Shown here: in pieces, positions 25,964 to 34,996 of the stretch
Layout: each line of letters starts with the position of its first letter
Position numbering within the stretch: the first letter of the stretch is position 1
Made by a program: the position numbers and the translations under genes
The notes under the pieces: generated by a model
Told to the model about the DNA's origin: nothing
What the model saw: the letters and a program-made list of their open reading frames with translations, nothing else
Databases searched by the model: none
Assembly (NCBI GenBank): GCA_017546785.1
Contig: JAFYRW010000031.1
Location: 3,151 to 67,150 of the forward strand
Length of the DNA stretch: 64,000 bases
DNA from: Bacteroidaceae bacterium
GTDB taxonomy: Bacteria; Bacteroidota; Bacteroidia; Bacteroidales; Bacteroidaceae
Direction of reading: 5' to 3'

Positions 25964-26629
25964 TTACCAATTTATAGGTTCTTTGCTGTGCAACTTAAGA
26001 TAGTCGTTTGTGAGGGTGAAATGGTGGTTGCCGAAAAATCCCTGATAGGCCGAAAGGGGCGACGGGTGGGGTGACGATAGCACAAGATGTCTTGTGCGGT
26101 CGATGAATGCTCCTTTCTTCTGTGCATAGCTGCCCCACAGTATGAATACGATATTCTCGCGCTTCTCGGCGAGGGTAGCAATTACAGCGTCGGTGAACTG
26201 CTCCCATCCGCGTTTCTGGTGCGAACCGGCGCTTGCCGCGCGTACCGTCAGTGTGGCGTTGAGCAACAATACTCCCTGGTCGCTCCATCGTGTAAGGTCG
26301 CCGTCGCTGGGGATAGGGACTCCTGTGTCGCTCGCTACCTCTTTAAATATATTCATTAGTGAGGGAGGAAAGGCTACTCCTTTATTCACCGAGAAACAGA
26401 GGCCATTGGCCTGTCCCTCGCCGTGATAAGGGTCCTGCCCCAGAATTACCACCTTTACTTTATCAAAAGGGCAGTGGTCGAATGCGTTGAATATGAGCTT
26501 GGCTGGAGGGTATATTGGGGTGTTGCCCCTGTACTCCTCTCTGACAAACGCGGTCAGTTTCTCGAAATAATCCTTTTCGAACTCACCGGCAAGATGCTTC
26601 TTCCAGCTCTCTTCTATTCTTACGTCCAT
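25964..26629 (-). CDS. ung: uracil-DNA glycosylase
   Basis: The GQDPYH motif and HPSPLS block are present. The ORF is 221 aa. Confidence 0.95.
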   Translation of the reverse strand: MDVRIEESWKKHLAGEFEKDYFEKLTAFVREEYRGNTPIYPPAKLIFNAFDHCPFDKVKVVILGQDPYHGEGQANGLCFSVNKGVAFPPSLMNIFKEVASDTGVPIPSDGDLTRWSDQGVLLLNATLTVRAASAGSHQKRGWEQFTDAVIATLAEKRENIVFILWGSYAQKKGAFIDRTRHLVLSSPHPSPLSAYQGFFGNHHFTLTNDYLKLHSKEPINW

Positions 26630-26639
26630 TTATTGCTTG

Positions 26640-27677
26640 TTATATCAATGGAATATTAAGCTCTTTGCATTTGTCGCGCATCTCCTCGGGCCAAATACTC
26701 GCCTGAATCTCTCCAATGTGCGCTTTTTTGAGCAGTAGCATACATAGACGCGATTGTCCTATACCACCGCCGATGCTGAGAGGCAATGTGTCGTTGAGCA
26801 GTCTCTGGTGGAAATAGAGCTTTTTGCGTTCCTCCTTGCCCGACTCCTTCAATTGGCGCAATAATGCCTCCTTGTCTACGCGTATACCCATAGACGAGAG
26901 CTCTACGGCCTTGCCCAAAATGTCGGACCATATCATCATATCTCCGTTGAGGCCAAAAAATCCATCTTCGTTGGCTGTGCTATAATCGTCGTAGTCGGGA
27001 GCGCGGTTGTCATGAGGCTCGCCGTTGCCCAATTTTCCTCCGATACCAAAAATGAATACTGCCTTGTGGCGCTTTGTGATACGCTCCTCGCGCTCTTTGG
27101 GCGAGAGGGTGGGGTATTTACGGCGCAACTCCTCGGAGTGAATAAAGAGTATCTCTCTTGGTAACGAAGGCTTTAGCTTGGGGTAATATTCGCAAATTGT
27201 AAATTCTGTGTGCAAAATTGCCGAATAAATTCTCTTTACAATGTCCTTTAGGAAATGAATGGTTCTCTCCTCTTTGCTTATTACGCGTTCCCAATCCCAC
27301 TGGTCTACATATAATGAATGCAGATTGTCCAACTCCTCGTGAGCTCTTATGGCGTTCATATCGGTATAAATACCGTGTCCGCAGGCAATGTCATAGTCGG
27401 CCAACGTCACTCGTTTCCATTTTGCAAGCGAGTGTACAACCTCGGCAACAGCTCCGTTCATATCCTGAATGGGGAAGCTTACAGCATTTTCTATACCATT
27501 AAGGTCGTCGTTCAATCCTGTTCCCTGTAATACAAACAGGGGGGCGGTTACTCGTCTCAGACGCAATGCTGCCGAGAGGTTCAACTGAAAAATTTCCTTA
27601 ATCTGCTTAATCGCAAGTTCAGTCTGTTTGAGGTCGAGCAGAGGTTTATATACCTTGGGGAGTTCGTAGAGTTTCAT
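26640..27677 (-). CDS. asnA: aspartate--ammonia ligase
   Basis: The ORF is 345 aa with an AsnA N-terminal pattern and class-II synthetase-like blocks. It ends 10 nt upstream of ung. Confidence 0.92.
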   Translation of the reverse strand: MKLYELPKVYKPLLDLKQTELAIKQIKEIFQLNLSAALRLRRVTAPLFVLQGTGLNDDLNGIENAVSFPIQDMNGAVAEVVHSLAKWKRVTLADYDIACGHGIYTDMNAIRAHEELDNLHSLYVDQWDWERVISKEERTIHFLKDIVKRIYSAILHTEFTICEYYPKLKPSLPREILFIHSEELRRKYPTLSPKEREERITKRHKAVFIFGIGGKLGNGEPHDNRAPDYDDYSTANEDGFFGLNGDMMIWSDILGKAVELSSMGIRVDKEALLRQLKESGKEERKKLYFHQRLLNDTLPLSIGGGIGQSRLCMLLLKKAHIGEIQASIWPEEMRDKCKELNIPLI

Positions 27678-27759
27678 TTCTTTGACAATTTGCTAATAAT
27701 ATACGCGTTGTGCTTGACGTTTAATTTTGTTTTTTCTTTGTTTGGTGTTTATTTGCCTG

Positions 27760-27767
27760 CAAATATA
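27760..27767 (-). promoter_or_regulatory. -7 box TATATTTG (asnA)
   Basis: The plus strand reads CAAATATA, 83 nt upstream of the asnA start. Confidence 0.35.
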
Positions 27768-27902
27768 ATCTACTGTTTGTTAATTTGCAAAATATAAGTT
27801 TGCTTTTTAATAATTATACATAAGATTCTTTCTTGCGAAGCTTATTTTTTGTTTGAATAGATGAATTTTATAAATATGATACCTTATTAAATGTGTTATG
27901 CG

Positions 27903-28045
27903 TATATTTGAACATATGTTCGAAGATACTTTTTGGGTGGCAAGCCGCACCCCTTTGGAAAGCTAAAGCTTTCGTTGTCGCAAGCAATGCTAATTCGCAT
28001 TGCCGCTGTGAGAAATAAAAAGCAAGCTTTTTTTTATTTCTTGCT
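27903..28045 (+). ncRNA. candidate small RNA (promoter box plus four consecutive hairpins)
   Basis: A TATATTTG box lies at 27903-27910. Hairpins follow at 27935-27952 (5 bp), 27958-27973 (6 bp gaaagc/gctttc), 27984-28003 (7 bp gcaatgc/gcattgc) and 28011-28041 (11-bp A/U stem). No credible ORF is present, only a 16-codon one. Confidence 0.25.
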
Positions 28046-28055
28046 CGCTTATGCG

Positions 28056-28063
28056 TATCTTTG
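28056..28063 (+). promoter_or_regulatory. -7 box TATCTTTG (tRNA-Arg)
   Basis: This matches TAnnTTTG 27 nt upstream of the mature tRNA 5' end. Confidence 0.45.
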
Positions 28064-28089
28064 CAAAGGAAATAGGAATAATATTCAAT

Positions 28090-28163
28090 GGCCTCGTAGC
28101 TTAGCTGAATAGAGCGTCGGATTCCGGTTCCGGAGGTCCTGGGTTTGAATCCCAGCGGGGTCA
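28090..28163 (+). tRNA. tRNA-Arg (anticodon CCG)
   Basis: I hand-folded a cloverleaf. It has a 7-bp acceptor stem (2 G.U), a 4-bp D stem, a 5-bp anticodon stem and loop TTCCGGT (CCG at 28124-28126). The variable loop is 5 nt, the T stem is 5 bp, and A20 and A73 are present. No CCA is encoded. Confidence 0.9.
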
Positions 28164-28167
28164 CAAC

Positions 28168-28205
28168 AAAAAAGCGGTTCATCTTTAAAGGTGAACCGCC
28201 TTTTT
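28168..28205. terminator. bidirectional rho-independent terminator (tRNA / proS)
   Basis: The stem gcggttca/tgaaccgc has an A-run upstream and a T-run downstream. Confidence 0.75.
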
Positions 28206-28220
28206 ATAGGATATTTGATA

Positions 28221-29699
28221 TTAGTAAGCTCTTGCAAAGAGTACTCGGCGTGCCGAAGGCTTGCCTGTAACCATACAGGTTCCGGGAGTCTCGTCACCAC
28301 CAATTGGAATACAACGGATGGTTGCCTTTGTCTCATTCTTGATAAGTTCCTCTGTCTCGGGAGTGCCGTCCCAGTGTGCGAGGATGAATCCGCCCTTCTC
28401 AATCTCAACCTTGAACTCTTCGTAGCTATCAACCTTGCGGGTGCTTGCCTCGCGCATTTCGAGCGCTTTCTTGTGAAGGTTCTTCTGAATGTCGTCGAGA
28501 AGTTCCTTTACATATGTTGTGATGCCATCGATGCTGCGTGTCTCCTTCTCGAGGGTGTCGCGGCGCATAACCTCAATTGTTCCATTCTCAAGGTCGCGTG
28601 CACCAAGAACCAAACGTACGGGTACACCCTTGAGCTCATAGTCGGCAAATTTGAATCCAGGGCGACGGTTGTCGGCGTTGTCGTATTTTACGCTGATGCC
28701 CATCTTGCGCAATTCTGCTCTAATCTCGTCTACCTTTGCGTCGATAACATCCAACTGCTCCTTGTTCTTGTAGATAGGAACAATTACTACCTGAATAGGT
28801 GCCAACGCGGGAGGAAGAACAAGGCCGTTGTCGTCGGAGTGTGTCATAATGAGCGCACCCATAAGACGTGTCGATACTCCCCAAGAGGTTGCCCATACAT
28901 ATTCGAGCTTGTTCTCTTTGTCTACGAACTGAACATTGAATGCCTTAGCGAAATTTTGTCCGAGGAAGTGTGATGTACCGCACTGAAGAGCCTTTCCGTC
29001 CTGCATAAGTCCCTCGATGGTGTATGTGTCGAGTGCTCCGGCGAAACGCTCGTTAGCCGATTTTACTCCCATAATAACGGGCAATGCCATATAGTTGTTG
29101 GCAAAGTCGTTGTATACGTGCAACATTGTTACAGCCTCCTTCTCGGCCTCCTCTTTTGTGGCGTGAGCAGTATGTCCCTCCTGCCAAAGGAACTCTGCTG
29201 TACGCAAGAAAAGGCGTGTGCGCATCTCCCAACGCATTACATTGGCCCACTGATTGACCATAATGGGAAGGTCGCGGTAAGACTGTATCCAATTCTTGTA
29301 TGTGCTCCATATGATGGTTTCTGAGGTAGGACGTATAATCATCTCCTCCTCCAACTTCGCAGCAGGGTCTACAATAACGCCGCTACCATCGGCTGAGTTC
29401 TTTAGACGATAGTGTGTAACCACGGCACACTCCTTTGCGAATCCCTCAACGTGCTCGGCCTCTCTACTCAAGAACGATTTTGGGATAAGTAGGGGAAAGT
29501 ATGCGTTTACGTGTCCTGTTTCTTTGAACATATCGTCGAGTGTGCGCTGAATCTTCTCCCAAATGGCGTAACCGTAAGGCTTAATTACCATACAGCCGCG
29601 TACGGGTGACTGCTCGGCAAGGTCGGCCTTTAATACTAAGTCGTTATACCATTGTGAGTAGCTTTCGCTACGTTTTGTCAAATCTTTTAACTCTGCCAT
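28221..29699 (-). CDS. proS: proline--tRNA ligase (archaeal/eukaryote-like type)
   Basis: The ORF is 492 aa with class II motifs and a C-terminal zinc-binding-type domain ending ...ARAY. Confidence 0.95.
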   Translation of the reverse strand: MAELKDLTKRSESYSQWYNDLVLKADLAEQSPVRGCMVIKPYGYAIWEKIQRTLDDMFKETGHVNAYFPLLIPKSFLSREAEHVEGFAKECAVVTHYRLKNSADGSGVIVDPAAKLEEEMIIRPTSETIIWSTYKNWIQSYRDLPIMVNQWANVMRWEMRTRLFLRTAEFLWQEGHTAHATKEEAEKEAVTMLHVYNDFANNYMALPVIMGVKSANERFAGALDTYTIEGLMQDGKALQCGTSHFLGQNFAKAFNVQFVDKENKLEYVWATSWGVSTRLMGALIMTHSDDNGLVLPPALAPIQVVIVPIYKNKEQLDVIDAKVDEIRAELRKMGISVKYDNADNRRPGFKFADYELKGVPVRLVLGARDLENGTIEVMRRDTLEKETRSIDGITTYVKELLDDIQKNLHKKALEMREASTRKVDSYEEFKVEIEKGGFILAHWDGTPETEELIKNETKATIRCIPIGGDETPGTCMVTGKPSARRVLFARAY

Positions 29700-29742
29700 A
29701 TTTTTGTTTGTTTAGTTACAATTGAATTATGCCGCGAAATTA

Positions 29743-29750
29743 CAAAAATA
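29743..29750 (-). promoter_or_regulatory. -7 box TATTTTTG (proS)
   Basis: The plus strand reads CAAAAATA, 44 nt upstream of the proS start. Confidence 0.4.
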
Positions 29751-29897
29751 TATTTTATTACACCTCTTTATTTAAAACTTTAGATTGAATTGTTGCGTTT
29801 TTTTGTGGCTTATAGAGCTTAAAAACAGAAAAACGGTGACAATGGTCAAATGGTGCGCCTTTACTTTGTAATTATCGGCAATGGATGATTGCTGTCC

Positions 29898-30731
29898 CTA
29901 TTTTATTCTAAAGACTCTTACCCCGAGATTATTCTTCTTGTTTTTCATATAATCGAAGAGGGGCTGCTCGTCTATTATAGTCTCTCCTTTTCCGCTTGAT
30001 GCGTGTATAAGATGCAGCGTCCCTTCCTGCCATAGGGCAAAGCCTACGTGACTTACGTCTAACCCTTCGATGGCAGTGACAATTGCCAAAATATCGCCAT
30101 CGGCTATGCTTAACTCTTGTGGGCTGCCGTTTAAAAGGCTTTTAGGTATGTACTCAATGGAAATATTCCCGAAAGGCTGCTCTCCCTTTTTAATCTCTTT
30201 TACCAATGAGGGATTCTCTTTTAGTTGCCTGTATGAGTCGGGGTGTCTGCTCATAAAATTCAGATTGAGCCTTTGTGTGGCCTTGTGTGCACAGCCTTTA
30301 ACCTCGTATAGAAGCCCTATGCGCTCTCCCTGCTCAATCCATTGTGAGATATAGTGCAGGCGGTCGCAGTAACCATTGCATTGCCCGTTGCGGTAACGTA
30401 GCTTATTCAGCGTGCAGCAGAACTCCTCGAAGCTCTCTCCTTTGTTGTTGGCTGTGATTGTTATCGCTGCAATCTGTTCGACGAATGTGGTGCAGTCAAA
30501 CTCTCTGATATTGACCGTCAGCCTCTCGTTGTTCTCTTTGTCGAGCGTGCCTGCAATGTATGGCAGTCCAATGAATTGTGTGGCAATATCTGTTGTGCTG
30601 CATCTGTCGCTCTTTTGCAGAATATCTACAATGCGACAGCTGTCGGCTGCAGTGTACGATATTTGTGCCACGGCTGTTGTGCTGCAGCATATAAGCAGTA
30701 ATGATAATGCTCTTATTTTACTAAGTTTCAT
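29898..30731 (-). CDS. DUF1460-family (amidase/transglutaminase-like) secreted protein
   Basis: The ORF is 277 aa with a signal peptide. It has the blocks FIGLPYIAGTLD and FDCTTFVEQ. Confidence 0.6.
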   Translation of the reverse strand: MKLSKIRALSLLLICCSTTAVAQISYTAADSCRIVDILQKSDRCSTTDIATQFIGLPYIAGTLDKENNERLTVNIREFDCTTFVEQIAAITITANNKGESFEEFCCTLNKLRYRNGQCNGYCDRLHYISQWIEQGERIGLLYEVKGCAHKATQRLNLNFMSRHPDSYRQLKENPSLVKEIKKGEQPFGNISIEYIPKSLLNGSPQELSIADGDILAIVTAIEGLDVSHVGFALWQEGTLHLIHASSGKGETIIDEQPLFDYMKNKKNNLGVRVFRIK

Positions 30732-30821
30732 TCAACGTTGGGTTATAATTGGTAAATATATGTACTTTTTCGCTTTTATTGTTTATCTTCGTCTCGAAAA
30801 TAGCAATAAAAAAACTGTTCT

Positions 30822-32066
30822 ATGCGTAATACTCTTATTTTGTTGTTGTTTCTGCCCGTTGCGCTGTACGCGCAATTTATGGAGACTCGCAGTGCCAATG
30901 TCCGCTCTCTGCAGACATTTGTCAATGGAGAGGCCGATTGTGCTCCTGTGATTGCTCTCGGTAGTGATGATGAGATAACATTTGTATTCGATGAACTGTC
31001 GCATATTTACCATAGATACATTTACCGTATAACCCATTGCAATTCCGATTGGACTCCGTCGGAAATGTTTCCTATCGATTATCTCGATGGCTTCAACGAC
31101 CTTACAATAGACTATTGGGAGAATTCCGAGAATACCACTCAGCTATATACCCGCTACGAATTGACGCTACCCAACGACGATGTCTCGCTGAAGCTCTCGG
31201 GCAACTATATGCTGGAGATTATCGATGATGAGAATGATGCTGTCGTGGCTGTCTATCGTTTCGCGGTCGTTGAGCGCCGTTTCTTCCTCACTGCCGGGGT
31301 CAGTGGAAATACCGATATTGACTTTAACAAGACTCATCAGCAGGTGAGCTTCAATGTGGGTTATTCGGGTGTAAGGATAAACTCTCCGGCAGCAGAGGTT
31401 AAGCCTGTCGTTTATCAGAATCGTAGGTTCGACAATAGGATAGAGGCTATTGTTCCCACATACGTTACCGGCAATGAATTGCAGTATGTACACAATCGCA
31501 AGCTCATTTTTGATGCGGGTAATGAGTATCGTCGATTCGAGCTTACCGACCCTTACTCTCCCGGAATGAATGTGGAGCGTATAACATTCATTGCTCCCTC
31601 CTATCACGCTGATATTTACGAAGATAAGGTGGCTGTGAATTATAGGAACGACCGCGACGAGAATGGCCGCTATTTTATAAATACTCTCGAGGGGTACGGC
31701 AGTAGCATTGAGGCTGATTATGCTCTTGTGCATTTTAATTTAAAGGCTCCCTACCGCACCGACGGACACTATTATCTGTTGGGTGATGCTTGGGGTAATA
31801 GCTTCCTCGATTCAAATATTCTGGAGTATGATTATTCTACACAGACCTATGGTGCAGTGCAGCTTCTGAAATTTGGACTCTACAATTATCAGTATGTGTG
31901 GATACCTACCTATAAAGGAGAGGCGGCTAACGTTGCACCTGCCGAGGGAGCATTCTATAATACCGACAATGAATATCTGCTACTTGTCTATTACCGGGCT
32001 CCCGGTGGACGCTACGATGAACTGCTCGGCTTCCTGCAGATGAACTATATCATTGAACGTAACTGA
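30822..32066 (+). CDS. DUF5103-family protein (type IX secretion system plug-like)
   Basis: The ORF is 414 aa with a signal peptide. The N-terminal pattern is NVRSLQ..VNGE...PVI.LGSDDEITF.FDEL....HRYIYRI.HCNSDW. Confidence 0.55.
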   Translation: MRNTLILLLFLPVALYAQFMETRSANVRSLQTFVNGEADCAPVIALGSDDEITFVFDELSHIYHRYIYRITHCNSDWTPSEMFPIDYLDGFNDLTIDYWENSENTTQLYTRYELTLPNDDVSLKLSGNYMLEIIDDENDAVVAVYRFAVVERRFFLTAGVSGNTDIDFNKTHQQVSFNVGYSGVRINSPAAEVKPVVYQNRRFDNRIEAIVPTYVTGNELQYVHNRKLIFDAGNEYRRFELTDPYSPGMNVERITFIAPSYHADIYEDKVAVNYRNDRDENGRYFINTLEGYGSSIEADYALVHFNLKAPYRTDGHYYLLGDAWGNSFLDSNILEYDYSTQTYGAVQLLKFGLYNYQYVWIPTYKGEAANVAPAEGAFYNTDNEYLLLVYYRAPGGRYDELLGFLQMNYIIERN

Positions 32067-32079
32067 TTCTATAATATGT

Positions 32080-32109
32080 AATTATCCACCGCCGCAGCGG
32101 TGGATAATT
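32080..32109. terminator. bidirectional rho-independent terminator
   Basis: A 13-bp perfect stem aattatccaccgc/gcggtggataatt carries a 4-nt loop. Confidence 0.75.
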
Positions 32110-32116
32110 CTCTTCT

Positions 32117-32683
32117 TTATATTTTGCCGACAAGGTCAATGTCGGGCCTTATTGTTTTGTCTCCTTTCTGCCATTTTGCGGGACATACCTCTCCGTCGTG
32201 TCCGGCAACAAATTGCGCAGCCTCAACTTTACGCATTAGCTCGTCGGCATTGCGGCCTATGCTGTTGTCCTGAATCTCGGCAAGCTTAATCTTGCCTTCG
32301 GGGTTTACTACGAATGTTCCTCTGTAGGCAATGCCCTCCTCCTCGATAAGCACTCCGAATGCTCTTGCGAACGAGCCTGTGGGGTCGGCGAGCATAGGGA
32401 ATTTAATCTTTCTTATGCTGCTTGAGGCATCGTGCCACGCCTTGTGCACATAATGGCTGTCGCAACTTACCGAGTAAACCTCTACTCCTATCGATTTTAG
32501 CTCGTTGTATTTCTCAGCAAGGTCCACAAGCTCTGTGGGGCAGACAAATGTAAAGTCGGCAGGGTAGAAAAAGAATATCACCCATTTACCCTCAATGTCT
32601 GCATTGCTTACACTTTTGAATACTCCATTATGAAAAGCCTTAAGCTTGAATTCGGGAACTTTTGAATTGATGATTGGTGCCAT
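32117..32683 (-). CDS. ahpC: typical 2-Cys peroxiredoxin (alkyl hydroperoxide reductase C)
   Basis: The ORF is 188 aa with the FVCPTE peroxidatic site and the EVCPAKW resolving Cys. Confidence 0.92.
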   Translation of the reverse strand: MAPIINSKVPEFKLKAFHNGVFKSVSNADIEGKWVIFFFYPADFTFVCPTELVDLAEKYNELKSIGVEVYSVSCDSHYVHKAWHDASSSIRKIKFPMLADPTGSFARAFGVLIEEEGIAYRGTFVVNPEGKIKLAEIQDNSIGRNADELMRKVEAAQFVAGHDGEVCPAKWQKGDKTIRPDIDLVGKI

Positions 32684-32829
32684 AATTGTTCTTCTTGATT
32701 TTTGATACTCCTAAACTGTCTTTCTGCTTTATAACAAGCGAAAAAATAAAAATGTTGTCGGGCACAGAATATAAAATGCCTCGTTCTTTTCTGTATCTCT
32801 TGGGTAAAGGAGTATGAATTTTAGGCCTG

Positions 32830-34002
32830 TTACAATTGGTCTATTACCTTTTGGATGCTCGAGAAAAGAGTGTTGATCTCTATTCTTAAGAATCGGCCTG
32901 TTCTCTTTAGAGCGCGTATGTATAAAGTATTGCTTCCTCTCCTTAATTCTCTCTTTGTCACATTGTAGAATATGAATGTGAATAATACTCCGGCGCCTAA
33001 TACAATATACAATTGCGTGTCAATGGCTGCGCCGTATTTGTAGGAGAACCACCATAATCCCAATATAATGGTATTGAATGTCATAATGGATATTGTAGTG
33101 CCTACGTGTGTGAATCCCAATTCAATGAAAAGATGGTGTAAATGTGTCTTGTCGGGACTGAATGGCGAGCGGCGATGCAATATGCGCGATGACATTACTC
33201 TCAGTGTGTCGAATACAGGGATAGCAAGCGTTGCCAATGTGAATGCGATGATGCTCATTCCTTGTATTGCAAATTGACGGCAGGGGGAATTGGTGTTTAG
33301 AATCTCAATGGCGAACATCGACATTAGTATACCCATAAGGAGTGCTCCGCTATCGCCGATGAACATCTTGGTACTTCTACCGAATACATTGTGCAGGAAG
33401 AATGGAATGAGAGCGCCTACAGCCGATACTGCAACCTTTGTCATAACAAAATTGCCCGAAGCGTAGAACATTATTGCGAATATCGATGATGAGAATATGC
33501 AGATACTCGATGATAATCCGTTTACTCCGTCAATCATATTTATAGCATTTATAATGCCGACGGCAGCTGTCGCTGTCAAGGGAATAGACAGCCAACTGGG
33601 TATTGCGTTTATGCCCCATAGACCGAAAAAGTCGTTTATCGATACATTGTTCACAAGCATCACGGTAAGGATTACCGATACCTCGATAAGGAATCTGAGC
33701 TTGGGCGATAGGTTCAGAATATCGTCTATTGCACCAATATACAACATTATTATCATTGCTGCAATGAGTATGAAAAGGTAGCGGCTGGGCTCGTTGAACT
33801 GTGAACTTGACAATCCTATGATTATTCCAAAGAAGACAGCAATGCCGCCCATTACTGGCACCGGGTTACGCTGCAGTTTGCGGGCGTCGGGGTTGTCTAC
33901 AAGGTTTTTCAAAAGCGCAATCTTTAATATTTTGGGATGTATCCAAAATGTTGCGATCATTGCAGCAATGAACGGAATCAATATGTTGTATACAAATTGC
34001 AT
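32830..34002 (-). CDS. glycosyltransferase family 4 (MraY/WecA-like undecaprenyl-phosphate sugar-1-phosphate transferase)
   Basis: The ORF is 390 aa and polytopic. It has DD..NL, NAINMIDGVNGL and IGDSGA blocks typical of polyprenyl-phosphate HexNAc-1-P transferases. Confidence 0.85.
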   Translation of the reverse strand: MQFVYNILIPFIAAMIATFWIHPKILKIALLKNLVDNPDARKLQRNPVPVMGGIAVFFGIIIGLSSSQFNEPSRYLFILIAAMIIMLYIGAIDDILNLSPKLRFLIEVSVILTVMLVNNVSINDFFGLWGINAIPSWLSIPLTATAAVGIINAINMIDGVNGLSSSICIFSSSIFAIMFYASGNFVMTKVAVSAVGALIPFFLHNVFGRSTKMFIGDSGALLMGILMSMFAIEILNTNSPCRQFAIQGMSIIAFTLATLAIPVFDTLRVMSSRILHRRSPFSPDKTHLHHLFIELGFTHVGTTISIMTFNTIILGLWWFSYKYGAAIDTQLYIVLGAGVLFTFIFYNVTKRELRRGSNTLYIRALKRTGRFLRIEINTLFSSIQKVIDQL

Positions 34003-34039
34003 AGCTTTTGATATTTATATATTCTTCTAAACTCTCAAA

Positions 34040-34597
34040 TTAAATTTTTTCTACAAGGCGGGCGGCTATTGTGGTGGTTGCCACAGTGGCAATACCATCT
34101 ATTCTTACGACAACACGTCGGGCTCCTTTGACCTTTAATTTTACGTATACTCCCTCAACTCCCTCGAAAGGACCTGCCAATATGCGCACTTTGTCTCCTG
34201 CAGCCAAATTAACCTCGTCGTCGCTAAGAAAAAGAATCTTTTCATCCTCCTTGCCTGCAATGGCTATGAAATTGAGCATCTCCTTGTCGGGGACATACAG
34301 AGGCGCTTTCGATTCTCTCTCTTTGTGGCTCATCACATATCTGAGCCAGGGTATCCTGTATTTTTTTATATCATCAACAGCCTCTCTTGTCGAATGGATG
34401 AAAATGTAATTGTGTAGTGCTGCGACTCTCTTCCATACGGGCTTTCCGCTCTTGTCGGCCCTTTTTATGCGTAGAGTGGGCACAAAACTCTCAATGCCTA
34501 TGGAGTCCAGTTTCTCTTTTGCTATCAACTCACGCTGATAGGTGACGCGCATCGCAAACCATTTCTTTTCATCATCACAAGCTTCTATGCTGCTCAC
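34040..34597 (-). CDS. UpxY-family (NusG-like) transcription antiterminator
   Basis: The ORF is 185 aa. The NGN domain begins WFAMRVTYQRE and a C-terminal KOW is present (GDKVRILAGPFEGVEGV). Confidence 0.8.
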   Translation of the reverse strand: MSSIEACDDEKKWFAMRVTYQRELIAKEKLDSIGIESFVPTLRIKRADKSGKPVWKRVAALHNYIFIHSTREAVDDIKKYRIPWLRYVMSHKERESKAPLYVPDKEMLNFIAIAGKEDEKILFLSDDEVNLAAGDKVRILAGPFEGVEGVYVKLKVKGARRVVVRIDGIATVATTTIAARLVEKI

Positions 34598-34676
34598 GTT
34601 GTTTATTCTATTGATATTTAAGTTCGTAGTTGCTGAGTTTCAAATGTTGATACTCAATATTTTAATTGTTGTAATG

Positions 34677-34684
34677 CAAATATA
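34677..34684 (-). promoter_or_regulatory. -7 box TATATTTG (upxY)
   Basis: The plus strand reads CAAATATA, 80 nt upstream of the upxY start. Confidence 0.35.
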
Positions 34685-34862
34685 ACAAAAAAGATTTGTT
34701 CTTGTTTACTTTTTAATAAATTTTCAATAAATGTGTGCTTAGTTATAACAAAATGTATTGCTGTTTTTGTTTGATAAAATGTTAGCTTTAATGTTTTTTT
34801 ACTATTTTTGCACTAAAGTACGGATGTACCGGAGTAAACTTTATATTTTGCTCGTCTGTTCG

Positions 34863-34939
34863 TATATTGGCTGTGAATGGCGAATATGTACTCTACTCTT
34901 TTGAAATAAAGGTAAGCTTTATATATTTGCTGTGAATAG
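34863..34939 (+). repeat. tandemly duplicated promoter-like module
   Basis: TATATTGGCTGTGAATGG lies at 34863-34880 and TATATTTGCTGTGAATAG at 34922-34939. They match at 16 of 18 positions with a 59-nt period, and each is followed by CTCTTTTG. The second copy contains a perfect TATATTTG box. Confidence 0.5.
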
Positions 34940-34996
34940 TGGCTCTTTTGCTTTTGAAAGGGCTGTAGAATATTAGTAAGCATAATTTAAAAGACA

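Noticed and set aside
28011-28045. A pseudoknot-like arrangement (GAAATAA..AGCAAG..TTATTTC..CTTGCT).
   Set aside because: A plain 11-bp A/U hairpin (28011-28021 with 28031-28041) explains most of the complementarity. The remaining 6-nt match is weak evidence.
27868-28432. Minus-strand ORFs 27868-28182 and 28085-28432.
   Set aside because: They run through the tRNA-Arg gene and its terminator and have no protein-like features.
28191-28973. A 260-aa plus-strand ORF.
   Set aside because: It lies entirely antisense within the well-supported proS gene. Its composition is low-complexity (L/V/C-rich) and it has no recognisable motifs, so it is a shadow ORF.
34598-34996. An invertible (phase-variable) promoter upstream of upxY, as in Bacteroides fragilis capsule loci.
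   Set aside because: I looked for flanking inverted repeats of about 15-25 bp in the 400-bp spacer and found only 4-5-bp stems. No recombinase gene is nearby.
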